From: Alphaproteobacteria bacterium
GTDB lineage: Bacteria > Pseudomonadota > Alphaproteobacteria > MPNO01 > UBA2964
Direction of reading: 5' to 3'
Length of the DNA stretch: 64,000 nucleotides
Assembly (NCBI GenBank): GCA_009377375.1
Contig: WHUE01000004.1
Span: 18,605-82,604, forward strand
A model generated the notes under the pieces. It was not told the DNA's origin. It searched no databases and saw only the letters and a program-made list of their open reading frames with translations. Of the stretch, positions 24,018-36,023 are shown in pieces; positions within the stretch are counted from its first letter, which is position 1; the number at the start of each line of letters is the position of its first letter. Position numbers and translations under genes: made by a program.

Positions 24018-25490
24018 GTGGCGCAGCCGCTGTCGGAAGGGGGCCGGATCGCCCGCAACTTCGCGGCGCTGTTCTCGTCGCAGGCGGCGGCCGCCGCCGC
24101 GGGGCTGGTCGCCACCGCCTTCCTGGCCCGCATGCTCGGCACCGAATCGTTCGGCGTGCTCGGGTTCGGCGTGGCAATCCTGTCCTATTTCGGGCTGCTG
24201 GTGACGCTCGGCACCGACGTCTATGGCGCGCGCGAGATCGCACAGACTCCAGCCAGGGCGGCACGGCTGGTCCACGACCTGCTGGGGCTGCGGACCGCAA
24301 CCGTCGCGGCGGTCTCCGTTCTCTATTTCGTCGTCGTCTTCGCGCTCGACCTGCCCGAGCGGGTCCGCGTCGTGCTGTGGATCCAGGGGGCGGGGCTTCT
24401 GGCGACCGCCTATACGCTGGACTTCGTCTTTCAGGGGCTGCAGCGCATGGGCGCCATCGCCGCGCGCCAGACGATGGCGTCCGCGCTGTCGCTCGCTCTG
24501 GTGCTGCTTGTCGTGCGGACGCCCGAGGACGTCTACCTCGCCGCCCTCGCCCCGGTAGCGGCGGGCGCGCTGACGGCGGGCTGGCTGGCGCTGCGCATGC
24601 ACCGCGCCGTCCTCCCCTTCGGCATCGCCGTCCGCCCGGCCGCGTGGCGGCCGATGCTGAAGGCATCGCTGCCGATCGCGGTCGCCCAGCTCATGGGGGC
24701 GGTCTTCTTCTATATCGACATCGTCATGCTGGGCTTCATGGAAACGCCGCATCTGGTCGGCGTCTATGTCGGCATGTCGCGGGTGCTGATGGTCACCCTG
24801 GTCGCCGCCGGGCTGATCGGCAGCGTCTTCCTGCCGGTCGTCGCGGCTGCGTGGCCGGACGCCGGGCCGATGCGCGCGCGCTATCGCGACTTCATGATCG
24901 CGGCACTGCTGGCCGGCGCGCCGGTCGCCCTTGCCGGGATGGCGTTCCCGGCGGAGATCGTCTCCGTGATCTTCGGTGCGCCCTATCTCGGCGGCACGAC
25001 GGCGCTGACGATCCTGATGGGAATGACCCTCGCGGCCTATCTGGCGATGGCGCCGGCCGGCGCGCTGACCTCCTGGCACGACCAGACCTGGCACATGGTC
25101 GCCTTCTCGGCCGGGGGCGTCGCGAACGTCGCGCTCAACCTGGTCCTGATCCCGCGCTACGGCATCGAGGGCGCGGCGACGGCGACGCTGCTGGCGCAGC
25201 TGCTGGTTCTGGCGGTGGCGGCCACGCGAATATGGCTGCGGTTCAGGCTGTTCGAGATGGGGCCGGCCGCCGCGCTGGTCCTCGCCGCCGCAATCGCGGC
25301 CGCGGCGGCGCGCTGGCTGGCAGACGCCGTGCTCGGCGACGCCCCGGCGCTGGCCGTGCTGGCCGTGGGAGGGACCTGCGGGGCGGCGATCTATCTGGGG
25401 CTGGTGGCCGCCATGCGCATCGTGCCGCTGCGCCGCCTGCGCGGGGCGGTCGCCGGACGGCTGCGCAAGGACGATGCCGGAGACAGGTGA
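24018..25490 (+). CDS. polysaccharide flippase (Wzx/MOP family)
   Basis: [37 protein letters not shown]; many TM segments. Confidence 0.88.
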   Translation: MAQPLSEGGRIARNFAALFSSQAAAAAAGLVATAFLARMLGTESFGVLGFGVAILSYFGLLVTLGTDVYGAREIAQTPARAARLVHDLLGLRTATVAAVSVLYFVVVFALDLPERVRVVLWIQGAGLLATAYTLDFVFQGLQRMGAIAARQTMASALSLALVLLVVRTPEDVYLAALAPVAAGALTAGWLALRMHRAVLPFGIAVRPAAWRPMLKASLPIAVAQLMGAVFFYIDIVMLGFMETPHLVGVYVGMSRVLMVTLVAAGLIGSVFLPVVAAAWPDAGPMRARYRDFMIAALLAGAPVALAGMAFPAEIVSVIFGAPYLGGTTALTILMGMTLAAYLAMAPAGALTSWHDQTWHMVAFSAGGVANVALNLVLIPRYGIEGAATATLLAQLLVLAVAATRIWLRFRLFEMGPAAALVLAAAIAAAAARWLADAVLGDAPALAVLAVGGTCGAAIYLGLVAAMRIVPLRRLRGAVAGRLRKDDAGDR

Positions 25491-25592
25491 CGGGCGGATG
25501 GCGGATCGACGACGTGCCGATCCGCCGCATCGCCCGGCGCCGCGCCCTGCGCTATATTCGTGCCGAAGCTCCAGCACGACGGACACCGAGAC

Positions 25593-25754
25593 ATGACCGG
25601 CAAGACGGACGAGAAGACACCGACCGCCACGCCCGGCGACGACGCGCCCGGCGAGGAAAAGGCCGACGCGCCGAAGGAGATCGGCGGGCGCAAGGGCCCC
25701 GACCCGACCCGCTACGGCGACTGGGAGAAGGACGGACGCTGCGTGGATTTCTGA
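25593..25754 (+). CDS. DUF1674 small protein (SDHAF4-like)
   Basis: [25 protein letters not shown]. Confidence 0.9.
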   Translation: MTGKTDEKTPTATPGDDAPGEEKADAPKEIGGRKGPDPTRYGDWEKDGRCVDF

Positions 25755-25772
25755 GAAGCGGCCGCCGCCCGG

Positions 25773-26765
25773 TCAGATCCCGTTCTTCGCCAGCAGCGCC
25801 TTCAGCGAGACCGCCGGCCGCGCGCCGTAATGCTGGATGACCTCGGCCGCCGCCAGCCCGCCGATGCGGGCGCAGTCCGCCAGCTCGCGGCCCTGCGTCA
25901 GCCCGTACAGGAATCCCGCGGCATAAAGATCGCCGGCGCCGGTGGTGTCGACCACCTTCTCGACCGGCATGGCCGGCACGGCCTGCGTCCGGCCGCCGGA
26001 GACGACCACCGATCCGTTTTCCGAGCGCGTCACCGCCGCGATCTCGCACTGGTCCGAAATCCTGCTCACCGCGGCATCGAAATCGTCCACGCTGTACAGC
26101 GACGTGATTTCCGCCTCGTTGGCGAACAGGATGTCGACATGGCTTTCGACCAGATGCAGGAAGGCGGCGCGGTGCCGGTCGACGCAGAAGGCGTCGGACA
26201 GCGTCAGCGCCACCTTGCGCCCGGCGGCGTGCGCGATCTCCGCGGCATGGACGAAAGCCTCCTTCGCCGCCTCCTTGTCGAACAGATAGCCTTCCAGATA
26301 GGTGATCCGAGAGGCCTCGATCGCCGCCGCGTCGATGTCGCCGATGCCGAGCTCGACCGAGACGCCGAGAAAGGTCTGCATCGTGCGCTCCGCGTCGGGG
26401 GTGACGAAGATCAGGCAGCGCGCCGTCGGCGGGCCGTCATTGGCGGGCTGGGTGCGGTAATCGACGCCGACCGCCTGGATGTCGTGGCGGAACACGCCGC
26501 CGAGCTGGTCGTTGCGCACCTTGCCGATATAGGCGCCGGCGCCGCCGAACGAGGCGATCCCCGCCAGCGTGTTGGCCGCCGAGCCGCCGGAGGATTCCAT
26601 CCCCGGCCCCATCTGGCCGTAGAGGTCGCGCGCCTGGTCCGCGTCGATCAGCGTCATCGCGCCCTTGGCGAGGCCGAGCGTCTCGATCTGCGCCTCGTCC
26701 GCCTGGGCGATCACGTCCACGATCGCATTGCCGACGCCGATCACGTCGTAGGTGGCATCCGCCAT
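25773..26765 (-). CDS. PfkB-family adenosine kinase
   Basis: GNAIVD, GGSAANT, YLEGYL, VDTTGAGD. Confidence 0.9.
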   Translation of the reverse strand: MADATYDVIGVGNAIVDVIAQADEAQIETLGLAKGAMTLIDADQARDLYGQMGPGMESSGGSAANTLAGIASFGGAGAYIGKVRNDQLGGVFRHDIQAVGVDYRTQPANDGPPTARCLIFVTPDAERTMQTFLGVSVELGIGDIDAAAIEASRITYLEGYLFDKEAAKEAFVHAAEIAHAAGRKVALTLSDAFCVDRHRAAFLHLVESHVDILFANEAEITSLYSVDDFDAAVSRISDQCEIAAVTRSENGSVVVSGGRTQAVPAMPVEKVVDTTGAGDLYAAGFLYGLTQGRELADCARIGGLAAAEVIQHYGARPAVSLKALLAKNGI

Positions 26766-26892
26766 AGGTGGGGTATCTCCTGTCGTTATGTGCCGGGTTT
26801 GCGAGCGGCGCAGTATAACGGCCCCGCCCGGCATTGAAAGGGAGGGGCGGGCGGGCGCGCCGTCCGCCTTGCCCCCGCGATGGCCGGCGGCT

Positions 26893-27594
26893 ATGGATGG
26901 CGCGATGTTTGCAGCGTTCTTCAAGGCGATCGGGCAGTTCCCCGACCCGCGCATCCAGAGCGTGGTGTGGCGGGGCGTGCTGTATTCGATGGTGCTGTTC
27001 TTCGTCCTGATCGCGCTGGCGGGGTGGGGGTTCGGCGCGACGCGCGCGTTCGAGGCGGCCTGGGCGGAATGGATCGCGGACGCGCTCGGCTGGGGCGCGG
27101 CGGTGGTGGCCGCCGTCGTCCTGTTTCCGGGGGCGGTGCTCACCATCCTGTCGCTGATGCTGGACGAGATCGCCGAGGCGGTGGAGACGCGGCACTACCC
27201 CGACCTGCCGCCCGCCCGCAGCCAGCCGGCAATGGAGGCGCTGGTCGCGGGGCTGAAGCTGTCCGGCGCGGTGATGATCTGGAACGTGCTGGCCCTGCCG
27301 CTCTACCTGGTTCCGGGGCTGAATGTTTTTGTTTTCTACGGGTTGAACGGGTATCTTCTCGGTCGCGAGTATTTCGAGCTGGTCGCCTGCCGCCGGCTCG
27401 ATCCCGGGGGCGCGAAAGCGCTGTGGCGGGCGCGGCGGGGGACGATCTGGACCGGCGGTGTAGTGGTGGCAATGCTGCTGAGCATACCGCTGGTCAACTG
27501 GCTGATGCCGGTGATGGCCTGCGCGTTCATGCTGCATCTGTTCGAGGGCTTGCGGCGGGCGGCCGCAGGCGGGCAGATCGCGACAGCGCGGTAG
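26893..27594 (+). CDS. EI24/CysZ-like membrane protein
   Basis: LDEIAEAVETRHYP, NGYLLGREYFELVA. Confidence 0.8.
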   Translation: MDGAMFAAFFKAIGQFPDPRIQSVVWRGVLYSMVLFFVLIALAGWGFGATRAFEAAWAEWIADALGWGAAVVAAVVLFPGAVLTILSLMLDEIAEAVETRHYPDLPPARSQPAMEALVAGLKLSGAVMIWNVLALPLYLVPGLNVFVFYGLNGYLLGREYFELVACRRLDPGGAKALWRARRGTIWTGGVVVAMLLSIPLVNWLMPVMACAFMLHLFEGLRRAAAGGQIATAR

Positions 27595-27664
27595 CACGGC
27601 GGCAGTTATGCAGGATTTCGTCGCGCCTGCGCGCGGCGCAGCGAAGCGAAAGGGTGACAGGGCC

Positions 27665-28249
27665 ATGAGCAAGTTCGGCAACAAAACCGAAGACAGCAAG
27701 AAGCCTCTCGAGGCCGCCCCGGCAGCGGCCGCGCCTGCGGCGGCCGGCGCCGCCGCCGTTCCGCTGCCGCTGAAGCAGGGCACGTCCGCCCCCGCCGCCG
27801 CCCCGGCGATGCCGGCGCGCAAGCAGGTGGTGCGGCCGGAGATCGTCCGCCGGACGCGCGACTACACATCGGGTGTCGGGCGCGACGACCACGGGATGGG
27901 CGGCGGCTTCAACGACAGCAAGAAGCTGATCGTCGGCCGCGACATCGCGCTGTCGGGCGAGATCAAGGCCTGCGAGAAGCTGGTCGTACAGGGCCGGGTC
28001 GAAGCCAATATGACCGATTGCAGCGAGATCGAGGTGACCGAGACCGGCACGTTCAAGGGCCAGGCCGAGGTGGACGTGGCCGAGATCGACGGCGCGTTCG
28101 AAGGATCGCTGATCGCGCGCGAGCTGCTGCTGATCCGCGCCAACGGCCACGTGACCGGCACCATCCGCTTCGGCCGGCTGGAAGTCGAGCGCGGCGGCGA
28201 GCTGATGGGCGACGTGCAGGTCTACAAGCCCGTGGGCGGCGAAGACTGA
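27665..28249 (+). CDS. bactofilin (polymer-forming cytoskeletal protein)
   Basis: LIVGRDIALSGEI...LVVQGRVE...IDGAFEG...GHVTGTI beta-helix repeats after a low-complexity N-terminus. Confidence 0.88.
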   Translation: MSKFGNKTEDSKKPLEAAPAAAAPAAAGAAAVPLPLKQGTSAPAAAPAMPARKQVVRPEIVRRTRDYTSGVGRDDHGMGGGFNDSKKLIVGRDIALSGEIKACEKLVVQGRVEANMTDCSEIEVTETGTFKGQAEVDVAEIDGAFEGSLIARELLLIRANGHVTGTIRFGRLEVERGGELMGDVQVYKPVGGED

Positions 28250-28263
28250 TCCCCTGCCCGGAC

Positions 28264-28758
28264 ATGCCGGCATTGCGCCGCCTGCACCGCCTCCCCGCGC
28301 ACGCCGCGGCGGCGCTGCTCTGCGCCGCCCTTGCCGGCTGCACCGCGGGGCCCCCGGCCCCGGCCGATGGCGGTCCGCCGGTGACGGCAGCGACGCCGGG
28401 GAGCGCCAGACCCGCGCCCGAAACCCCGCCCGCCGGCACCGCGTCGCGCAGCCCCGCGCCCGGCTCGGCGATCGAGGTGGACGCCGACCCGAAACGGCTC
28501 GCCGGGCTCGACCGCGCCGGCCTGGCGAAGATCCTCGGCAAGCCCGCCTTTCAGCGCCTCGACGGCCCCGCCGCGCTGCTGCGCTACCGCGATCCCGCCT
28601 GCCTGCTGGACGTGTTCCTCTACCCCCCGCCCGGCAAGCGCGACGCCGAGAAGCGCGTCGACCATGTGGAGGCCCGCGCCGTCGACGGCGGCGCCGTCGC
28701 GGTTCGCGACTGCTTCGCCGCGCTGCTGCGCGCCCGCGCGACGCAGGAGAAGGGTTAG
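28264..28758 (+). CDS. hypothetical lipoprotein
   Basis: ALAGC lipobox, Pro-rich linker, LGKPAFQR...RYRDPACLLDVFLY. Confidence 0.7.
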   Translation: MPALRRLHRLPAHAAAALLCAALAGCTAGPPAPADGGPPVTAATPGSARPAPETPPAGTASRSPAPGSAIEVDADPKRLAGLDRAGLAKILGKPAFQRLDGPAALLRYRDPACLLDVFLYPPPGKRDAEKRVDHVEARAVDGGAVAVRDCFAALLRARATQEKG

Positions 28759-28763
28759 CCCCG

Positions 28764-29408
28764 TCAGGCGACCAGCGTCTTTGCCTTGAACTGGCAGAGG
28801 TCGATGACCGGGCAGGCCGGGCAGTCGGGCTTGCGCGCCTTGCAGATATAGCGCCCGTGCAGGATCAGCCAGTGATGGGCGTGCAGCTTCCACCTGTCCG
28901 GCGTGCGGCGCAGCAGCGCGTCCTCCACCGCCTCGACGGTCTTGCCGGGCGCGAGCCCGGTGCGGTTGCCGACGCGGAAGATGTGGGTGTCCACCGCGAT
29001 GGTCGGCTCGCCGAAGGCGATGTTGAGCACCACGTTGGCGGTCTTGCGCCCGACCCCGGGCAGCGCGACCAGCGCATCGCGGTCCCGCGGCACCGCGCCG
29101 GCGTGACGCTCGATCAACAGCTCCGACAGGCGGATGACGTTCTTCGCCTTGTTGCGGTAGAGCCCGATGGTCTTGATGCAGTCGCGCAGCCGCGCCTCGC
29201 CCAGCGCGACCATCTTTTCCGGCGTGTCGGCCGCCGCGAAGAGCGGCCCCGTGGCCTTGTTGACGCCGACATCGGTCGCCTGGGCCGACAGCACCACGGC
29301 GACCAGCAGCGTGTACGGGTTGATGAAATGCAGCTCGCCCCGCGGCTCCGGATCGCGTTCCGACAGCCGGCGGTAGAACTCGTCCACGGTCTTCAGCGTC
29401 ATGGCCAT
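28764..29408 (-). CDS. nth: endonuclease III
   Basis: LSAQATD, LPGVGRKTANVV, VDTH, CKARKPDCPACPVIDLC. Confidence 0.97.
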   Translation of the reverse strand: MAMTLKTVDEFYRRLSERDPEPRGELHFINPYTLLVAVVLSAQATDVGVNKATGPLFAAADTPEKMVALGEARLRDCIKTIGLYRNKAKNVIRLSELLIERHAGAVPRDRDALVALPGVGRKTANVVLNIAFGEPTIAVDTHIFRVGNRTGLAPGKTVEAVEDALLRRTPDRWKLHAHHWLILHGRYICKARKPDCPACPVIDLCQFKAKTLVA

Positions 29409-29479
29409 GGCGCGATCTTAGAGCCGCCGCAAGATGCCGTCACCCCGGCGGCCGTCGTTAACCGGTTAACACACCGGCC

Positions 29480-29509
29480 CTTGCGCGAGGCGGGACCGCG
29501 CCCCTATCT
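29480..29509 (+). promoter_or_regulatory. putative RpoH-type promoter of DUF2244 gene, near-leaderless
   Basis: CTTG-N19-CCTATCT ending 8 nt before ATG 29518. Confidence 0.5.
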
Positions 29510-29517
29510 TTAAGCCC

Positions 29518-30060
29518 ATGTCCGGTACGCCAACAGAGATCACGGCGGACGAGGCCGGGGCGCTCGCCGCGCCCGCCCGCTTCGACGCCGTGCTGCATCC
29601 GCACACCAGCCTGAGCCCCCGCGGCTTCCTGCTGTTCATGATGCTGCTCTGCCTGGTCAGCTTCACGGCGGGCATCGCCTTCATGCTGGCGGGGGCGTGG
29701 CCGGTGCTCGGCTTCATGGGGCTCGACGTCGCCATCGTCTGGTTCGCCTTCCGGGCAAGCTACCGGGCGGCGCGGCGCTACGAGCGGCTTCTGCTCACCG
29801 ACAGCGTCCTGACGGTGGAGCGGATCAGCCCGGCGGGCGAACGGCGCACGTGGCGGTTCCAGCCCTACTGGCTGTCGGTGATCCTCGACGACCCGCCCGG
29901 CCCGGACAGCGCGCTGCTGCTGCGCAGCCACGGCAGGGCGCTGGAGATCGGCAAGTTCCTCACCCCCGGCGAGAAGCGCGAGCTGGCCGAGGCGCTGCGC
30001 GCCGAGCTCCGCCGCCTGCGCGAGCCCGCAATGCCCGCTGCCGAAGAAGCCGAGACCTGA
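29518..30060 (+). CDS. DUF2244 integral membrane protein
   Basis: PHTSLSPRGF, GAWPVLGFMGLDV, FQPYW, IGKFLTPGEK. Confidence 0.85.
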   Translation: MSGTPTEITADEAGALAAPARFDAVLHPHTSLSPRGFLLFMMLLCLVSFTAGIAFMLAGAWPVLGFMGLDVAIVWFAFRASYRAARRYERLLLTDSVLTVERISPAGERRTWRFQPYWLSVILDDPPGPDSALLLRSHGRALEIGKFLTPGEKRELAEALRAELRRLREPAMPAAEEAET

Positions 30061-30081
30061 GTCCGGGAGATTCGGGCACCC

Positions 30082-30897
30082 TCAGTCCCCGCTGAGCCCC
30101 AGCACGTCCTGCATGGAATAGAGGCCCGGCGTCCGGTCCCGCGCCCAGAGGGCGGCGCGGACGGCGCCGCGGGCGAAGATCTGGCGGGAGGCGGCCTTGT
30201 GGGTGAGCTCCAGCCGCTCGCCGTCGGCGGCGAAGATCACGGAATGGTCGCCGGTGACGTCGCCGCCGCGCAGCGTCGCGAATCCGATATCGCCGCGCCG
30301 CCGCGGGCCGGTCTGGCCGTGGCGGGTGAAGATTCCGGTCTCGTCCAGCGCCACGCCGCGGGCCTCGGCGGCCGCCCGCCCCAGCCCCAGCGCGGTGCCC
30401 GACGGGGCGTCGACCTTGTGCCGATGGTGCATCTCCACGATCTCGATGTCGAACTCGTCGTCGAGCAGCGCGGCGACCTGGCGGGTCAGCGCGAACAGCA
30501 CGTTGACGGCGAGGCTCATGTTCGGCGCGTAGACCACGGGCACGTTGCGCGCGGTGTTGCGCAGCACGGTTTCCTGGTCGCCGTCGAGCCCGGTGGTGCC
30601 GATCACATGGATGCAGCCGGCACTCGAGGCGATCTTCGAATTGCGGATCGTCGCCTCGGGGACCGAGAACTCGATCACCGCCTCGGCGGCGCGGAACAGG
30701 TCATCGGCGTTGTCGGTCACGGTCACGCCGATCTCGCCGATCCCGGCGAGCATGCCGGCGTCCCTGCCGACAGCAGGGCTGCCGTGGGTTTCCGCCGCCG
30801 CCACGACGACGCAGCCGGCGGTTTCCGTCACCTGGCGGATCACCGCGCCGCCCATGCGCCCGGCCGCGCCGACCACGCCGATCTTCATGTCCGCCAT
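30082..30897 (-). CDS. dapB: 4-hydroxy-tetrahydrodipicolinate reductase
   Basis: GAAGRMG, VIGTTG, EMHHRHKVDAPSGTA. Confidence 0.97.
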   Translation of the reverse strand: MADMKIGVVGAAGRMGGAVIRQVTETAGCVVVAAAETHGSPAVGRDAGMLAGIGEIGVTVTDNADDLFRAAEAVIEFSVPEATIRNSKIASSAGCIHVIGTTGLDGDQETVLRNTARNVPVVYAPNMSLAVNVLFALTRQVAALLDDEFDIEIVEMHHRHKVDAPSGTALGLGRAAAEARGVALDETGIFTRHGQTGPRRRGDIGFATLRGGDVTGDHSVIFAADGERLELTHKAASRQIFARGAVRAALWARDRTPGLYSMQDVLGLSGD

Positions 30898-30972
30898 CGA
30901 AACCTCCATACGCGTTCGCGCGGAGTTAAGCACAGGGCAGGCGGGCAGGGAACGGCCGCGGCCTCCGCCGGG

Positions 30973-32547
30973 TCACAGCAGGTACAGCAGCGGCCCGACC
31001 GCGAACCACACCATGTAGCCGAGGGCGCAGACGAGGATGCCGTCGATCCGCCGCGCCGGCCCCGGCGGGGCGGCGTGCAGCCGCGCGAGCAGCCAGACGA
31101 GGAGCGCGCCGTGCAGCAATATCGGCACCAGCACCGGCGCGAACGCCGACCCGCCCGACCCCCGCAGGCTGACCGACACAGCGGCGGCGGCGGCCAGCAC
31201 GACGGCGGCGGCCGCGATCGCGACAGCCGGGCGCGCGCCGAAGCGCACGGCCAGCGTCCGCTTGCCGACGGCGGCGTCGGCGTCGCGGTCTGGCAGGGCG
31301 GCGAGGGCGATGGCCGGCAGGATCGACAACGCCAGCGGCGCGCCGAGCAGCCAGGGCAGGGCGCTGGCGGGCGCGCCGCCGAACAGCAGGAAGCCGACGA
31401 CCGGCACGCCCACGCCATGGGTCAGCGCGACGTCCAGCTCGCCCAGCGTGCGCCAGGACAGGCGGACGGGCGGCAGGGTGTAGCAGATCGCGAGGACGGA
31501 GAGGGCGGCCAGCGCCGCGAGCCAGGGCAGCGCCGGGGCGGGGGCGAGAATGGCGGCGACGGCGGCCAGCGCCCAGCCGGCCACGAAGCAGCCGAGCGCG
31601 GCACGGGCGAGCGCCCGGCGCGACAGGGCGCCGTCGGCGAGCACGCGCGAGCCCCCGTTGAACGGCCCGGCATTGGCGTTGCAAATGTCGGATTCGTAAT
31701 CGACGATCTCGTTGACGAAGACGGTCGCCGCCTCGATCAGGAACAGCGCGGCATAGACGGTCCAGAACGCCGCGGCGCCGAGCGCGTCCGCCCCGCCCGC
31801 CGCCACCGCGCCCAGCGCATAGGCCGCCCAGGTCATCGGATAGAACTGCAACCGGACCGCCCGCAGCCAGGCGCCGGCCAGCCCGAGGACCCTCCGCGTC
31901 CGGCCCGGCCCGGCGGCGCCGCGCAGCGCCGCGCCCTCCTTCGCCGCCCTGGCGATCCAGCGGTCGCGCTGCGCGGCGTCGGACTTGCGCACGGGGCCGA
32001 AGGCGGTGACGCGCACCGGCCCGATGCCGCAGAAGCCCAGCGTCGCCCGCGCCATCGCGTTGTGCCCCGGCCTGACGTACAGAAAGCGGTAGACCGGGCC
32101 CGGCGTGTCCATGGTGGTGATGAGATGGGCGGTGCGGCCGCCGAGCCTGCCCTCGAACCCGGTCAATCCGCCGGATTCGGCGAAGGCGAAGCCGGGCCTG
32201 AGGATGCGGTCGAGAAACGCCTTCATCAGCGCCGGATAGGTCCCCCACCAGGTGGGATAGACGAGGACGAGATGGTCCGCCCAGAGGATCGCCTCTTCCG
32301 CCGCGCGCAGGTCAGGCTCCATCGCCTGGTCGTTGATGCTCGGCGCGACCACGTCGCGGGCGAAGGCCATGCTGGCGAGGTCGAGCCGGCGCAGATCCGC
32401 CCCCGCCTCGCGCGCCGCCCCGGCATAGGCGTCGGCGAGCGCGCCGCAGAGCGATTTCCGCCGCGGATGGCCGAATATCAGCAGAACGCGCGGCGCGCGG
32501 CCGCCGGCACGGGCCCCATCTACGGCCGGCTTCACGGCGGTATCCAT
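30973..32547 (-). CDS. fusion: flavodoxin-like NAD(P)H:quinone oxidoreductase + UbiA/MenA-family prenyltransferase
   Basis: N-half GHPRRKS, WADHLVLVYPTWWGTYPALMKAFLDR; C-half NEIVDYESD, GGSRVL, YTLPPVRL, PDRDADAAVGKRTLAVRFG, multiple TMs; one uninterrupted ORF. Confidence 0.85.
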   Translation of the reverse strand: MDTAVKPAVDGARAGGRAPRVLLIFGHPRRKSLCGALADAYAGAAREAGADLRRLDLASMAFARDVVAPSINDQAMEPDLRAAEEAILWADHLVLVYPTWWGTYPALMKAFLDRILRPGFAFAESGGLTGFEGRLGGRTAHLITTMDTPGPVYRFLYVRPGHNAMARATLGFCGIGPVRVTAFGPVRKSDAAQRDRWIARAAKEGAALRGAAGPGRTRRVLGLAGAWLRAVRLQFYPMTWAAYALGAVAAGGADALGAAAFWTVYAALFLIEAATVFVNEIVDYESDICNANAGPFNGGSRVLADGALSRRALARAALGCFVAGWALAAVAAILAPAPALPWLAALAALSVLAICYTLPPVRLSWRTLGELDVALTHGVGVPVVGFLLFGGAPASALPWLLGAPLALSILPAIALAALPDRDADAAVGKRTLAVRFGARPAVAIAAAAVVLAAAAAVSVSLRGSGGSAFAPVLVPILLHGALLVWLLARLHAAPPGPARRIDGILVCALGYMVWFAVGPLLYLL

Positions 32548-32593
32548 CCCATAGGTATGGGGACGGCCGTGGCGCGGCGCAACGCGCCGCGGC

Positions 32594-33745
32594 TTACTCG
32601 GTGAGGTCTTCCCAGAACTCCTTCGCCTTGGCGAAGAAGCCTTCGGATTCGGGGCTGGTGGATTTGGCGCCGCGCTTCTTGCCCAGGTTTTCGAATTCGC
32701 GCAGCTTTTCCTGCTGGTCCTTGGTGAGGTTGACCGGGGTTTCCACCGTCACCTCGATATACATGTCGCCGCGGCCGCGGCCGTGCAGCCCGACCATGCC
32801 CTTGCCGCGCAGGCGGAAGCGGTGGCCGTTCTGGGTGCCGGCGGGGATGGAGACCTTGGCGCGCCCGCCCTCGACCGTCGGCACCTCGACCGCGCCGCCG
32901 AGCGCCGCGGTGGTCATGGGGATCGGCACGCTGCAGAACACGTTGGCGCCGTCGCGCTGGAACAGCGGATGCGCGGCGATGGCGATGAAGATATAGAGAT
33001 CGCCGGGCGGGGCGCCGTTGGCCCCGGCCTCGCCCTCGCCGGTGAGGCGGATGCGGGTGCCGTCCTCCACCCCGGCGGGGATGTTGACGGACAGGGTCTT
33101 TTCCTTGCGCACGCGGCCGGCGCCCTGGCAGGACTTGCATGGGTCCTCGATGGTCTGGCCCGCGCCGCGGCATTGCGGGCAGGTGCGCTCCACCGTGAAG
33201 AATCCCTGCTGGGTGCGGACCTTGCCGGCGCCCCCGCAGGCGGGGCAGGCGCTGGGCGCGCTGCCCTTGGCCGCCCCGGACCCGCCGCAATGCTCGCAGG
33301 CGACCGAGGTGGGCACGCGGATGCGCGTCTCGCGCCCCTTGTAGGCATCCTCGAGGCTGATCTCCAGGTTGTAGCGCAGGTCGGCCCCGCGCCGGCGGGC
33401 ATTGCCGCGCCGGCCGGAGCCGCCGACGAAATCGCCGAACATCTCGTCGAAGATATCGGCGAAGCCGGCGCCGAAACCGCCCGCGCCGCCGCCGCTGAAG
33501 CCGCCGGCCCCGCCGGAGCCGTCGAACGCGGCGTGGCCGAACTGGTCGTAGGCGGCGCGCTTCTGGTCGTCCTTCAGGACGTCATAGGCCTCGCTGATTT
33601 CCTTGAACCGGTTCTCGGCCGAGACATCGCCCGGATTGCGGTCCGGGTGATACTGCATGGCCAGCTTGCGGTAGGCGCGCTTGAGGTCGTCCGCGCTCGC
33701 CGAACGGGAGACGCCAAGCGCCTCATAGTAGTCCTGCTTGGCCAT
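32594..33745 (-). CDS. dnaJ: chaperone DnaJ
   Basis: J domain HPD, G/F region, four CxxCxGxG. Confidence 0.98.
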   Translation of the reverse strand: MAKQDYYEALGVSRSASADDLKRAYRKLAMQYHPDRNPGDVSAENRFKEISEAYDVLKDDQKRAAYDQFGHAAFDGSGGAGGFSGGGAGGFGAGFADIFDEMFGDFVGGSGRRGNARRRGADLRYNLEISLEDAYKGRETRIRVPTSVACEHCGGSGAAKGSAPSACPACGGAGKVRTQQGFFTVERTCPQCRGAGQTIEDPCKSCQGAGRVRKEKTLSVNIPAGVEDGTRIRLTGEGEAGANGAPPGDLYIFIAIAAHPLFQRDGANVFCSVPIPMTTAALGGAVEVPTVEGGRAKVSIPAGTQNGHRFRLRGKGMVGLHGRGRGDMYIEVTVETPVNLTKDQQEKLREFENLGKKRGAKSTSPESEGFFAKAKEFWEDLTE

Positions 33746-33786
33746 CGATGAGCCTCCGCCGACCGATACGCGTCCCGCTCAACCGG

Positions 33787-35733
<1,947 letters not shown>

Positions 35734-35822
35734 GACATCCTCTTTCACTGTGGCAGGTCTTCCGGCCCGCTGCGGGCGCAGCCGGCTAACCCCCGAATAG
35801 ACGTTGTGTATACGCTACCGGC

Positions 35823-35852
35823 TATATAGGGACCCCGGAACTGGCCCGCAAG
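35823..35852 (-). promoter_or_regulatory. RpoH (sigma32) promoter of dnaK
   Basis: minus strand CTTG-N17-CCCTATATA, matches alphaproteobacterial RpoH consensus. Confidence 0.75.
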
Positions 35853-36023
35853 CGCGGAATGGCCCGGCCCGTGGGCGCGAAAGCACTTTCGCGCCCAGCC
35901 GTTAATACACCGTTTACGCTGTGCTTGCGCAACCCCGCCGCCGGTGAGACCATCCGCCATCGCAACCGGCCGCGCAAGAACGGCCGGGCCGGAATGGTTT
36001 CATGTCAGGGAAAGGGTTCTCAC

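Noticed and set aside
22857-25586. 909-aa ORF suggesting an HtpX fusion
   Set aside because: The N-terminal portion is the antisense shadow of the flippase; HtpX starts at 23708.
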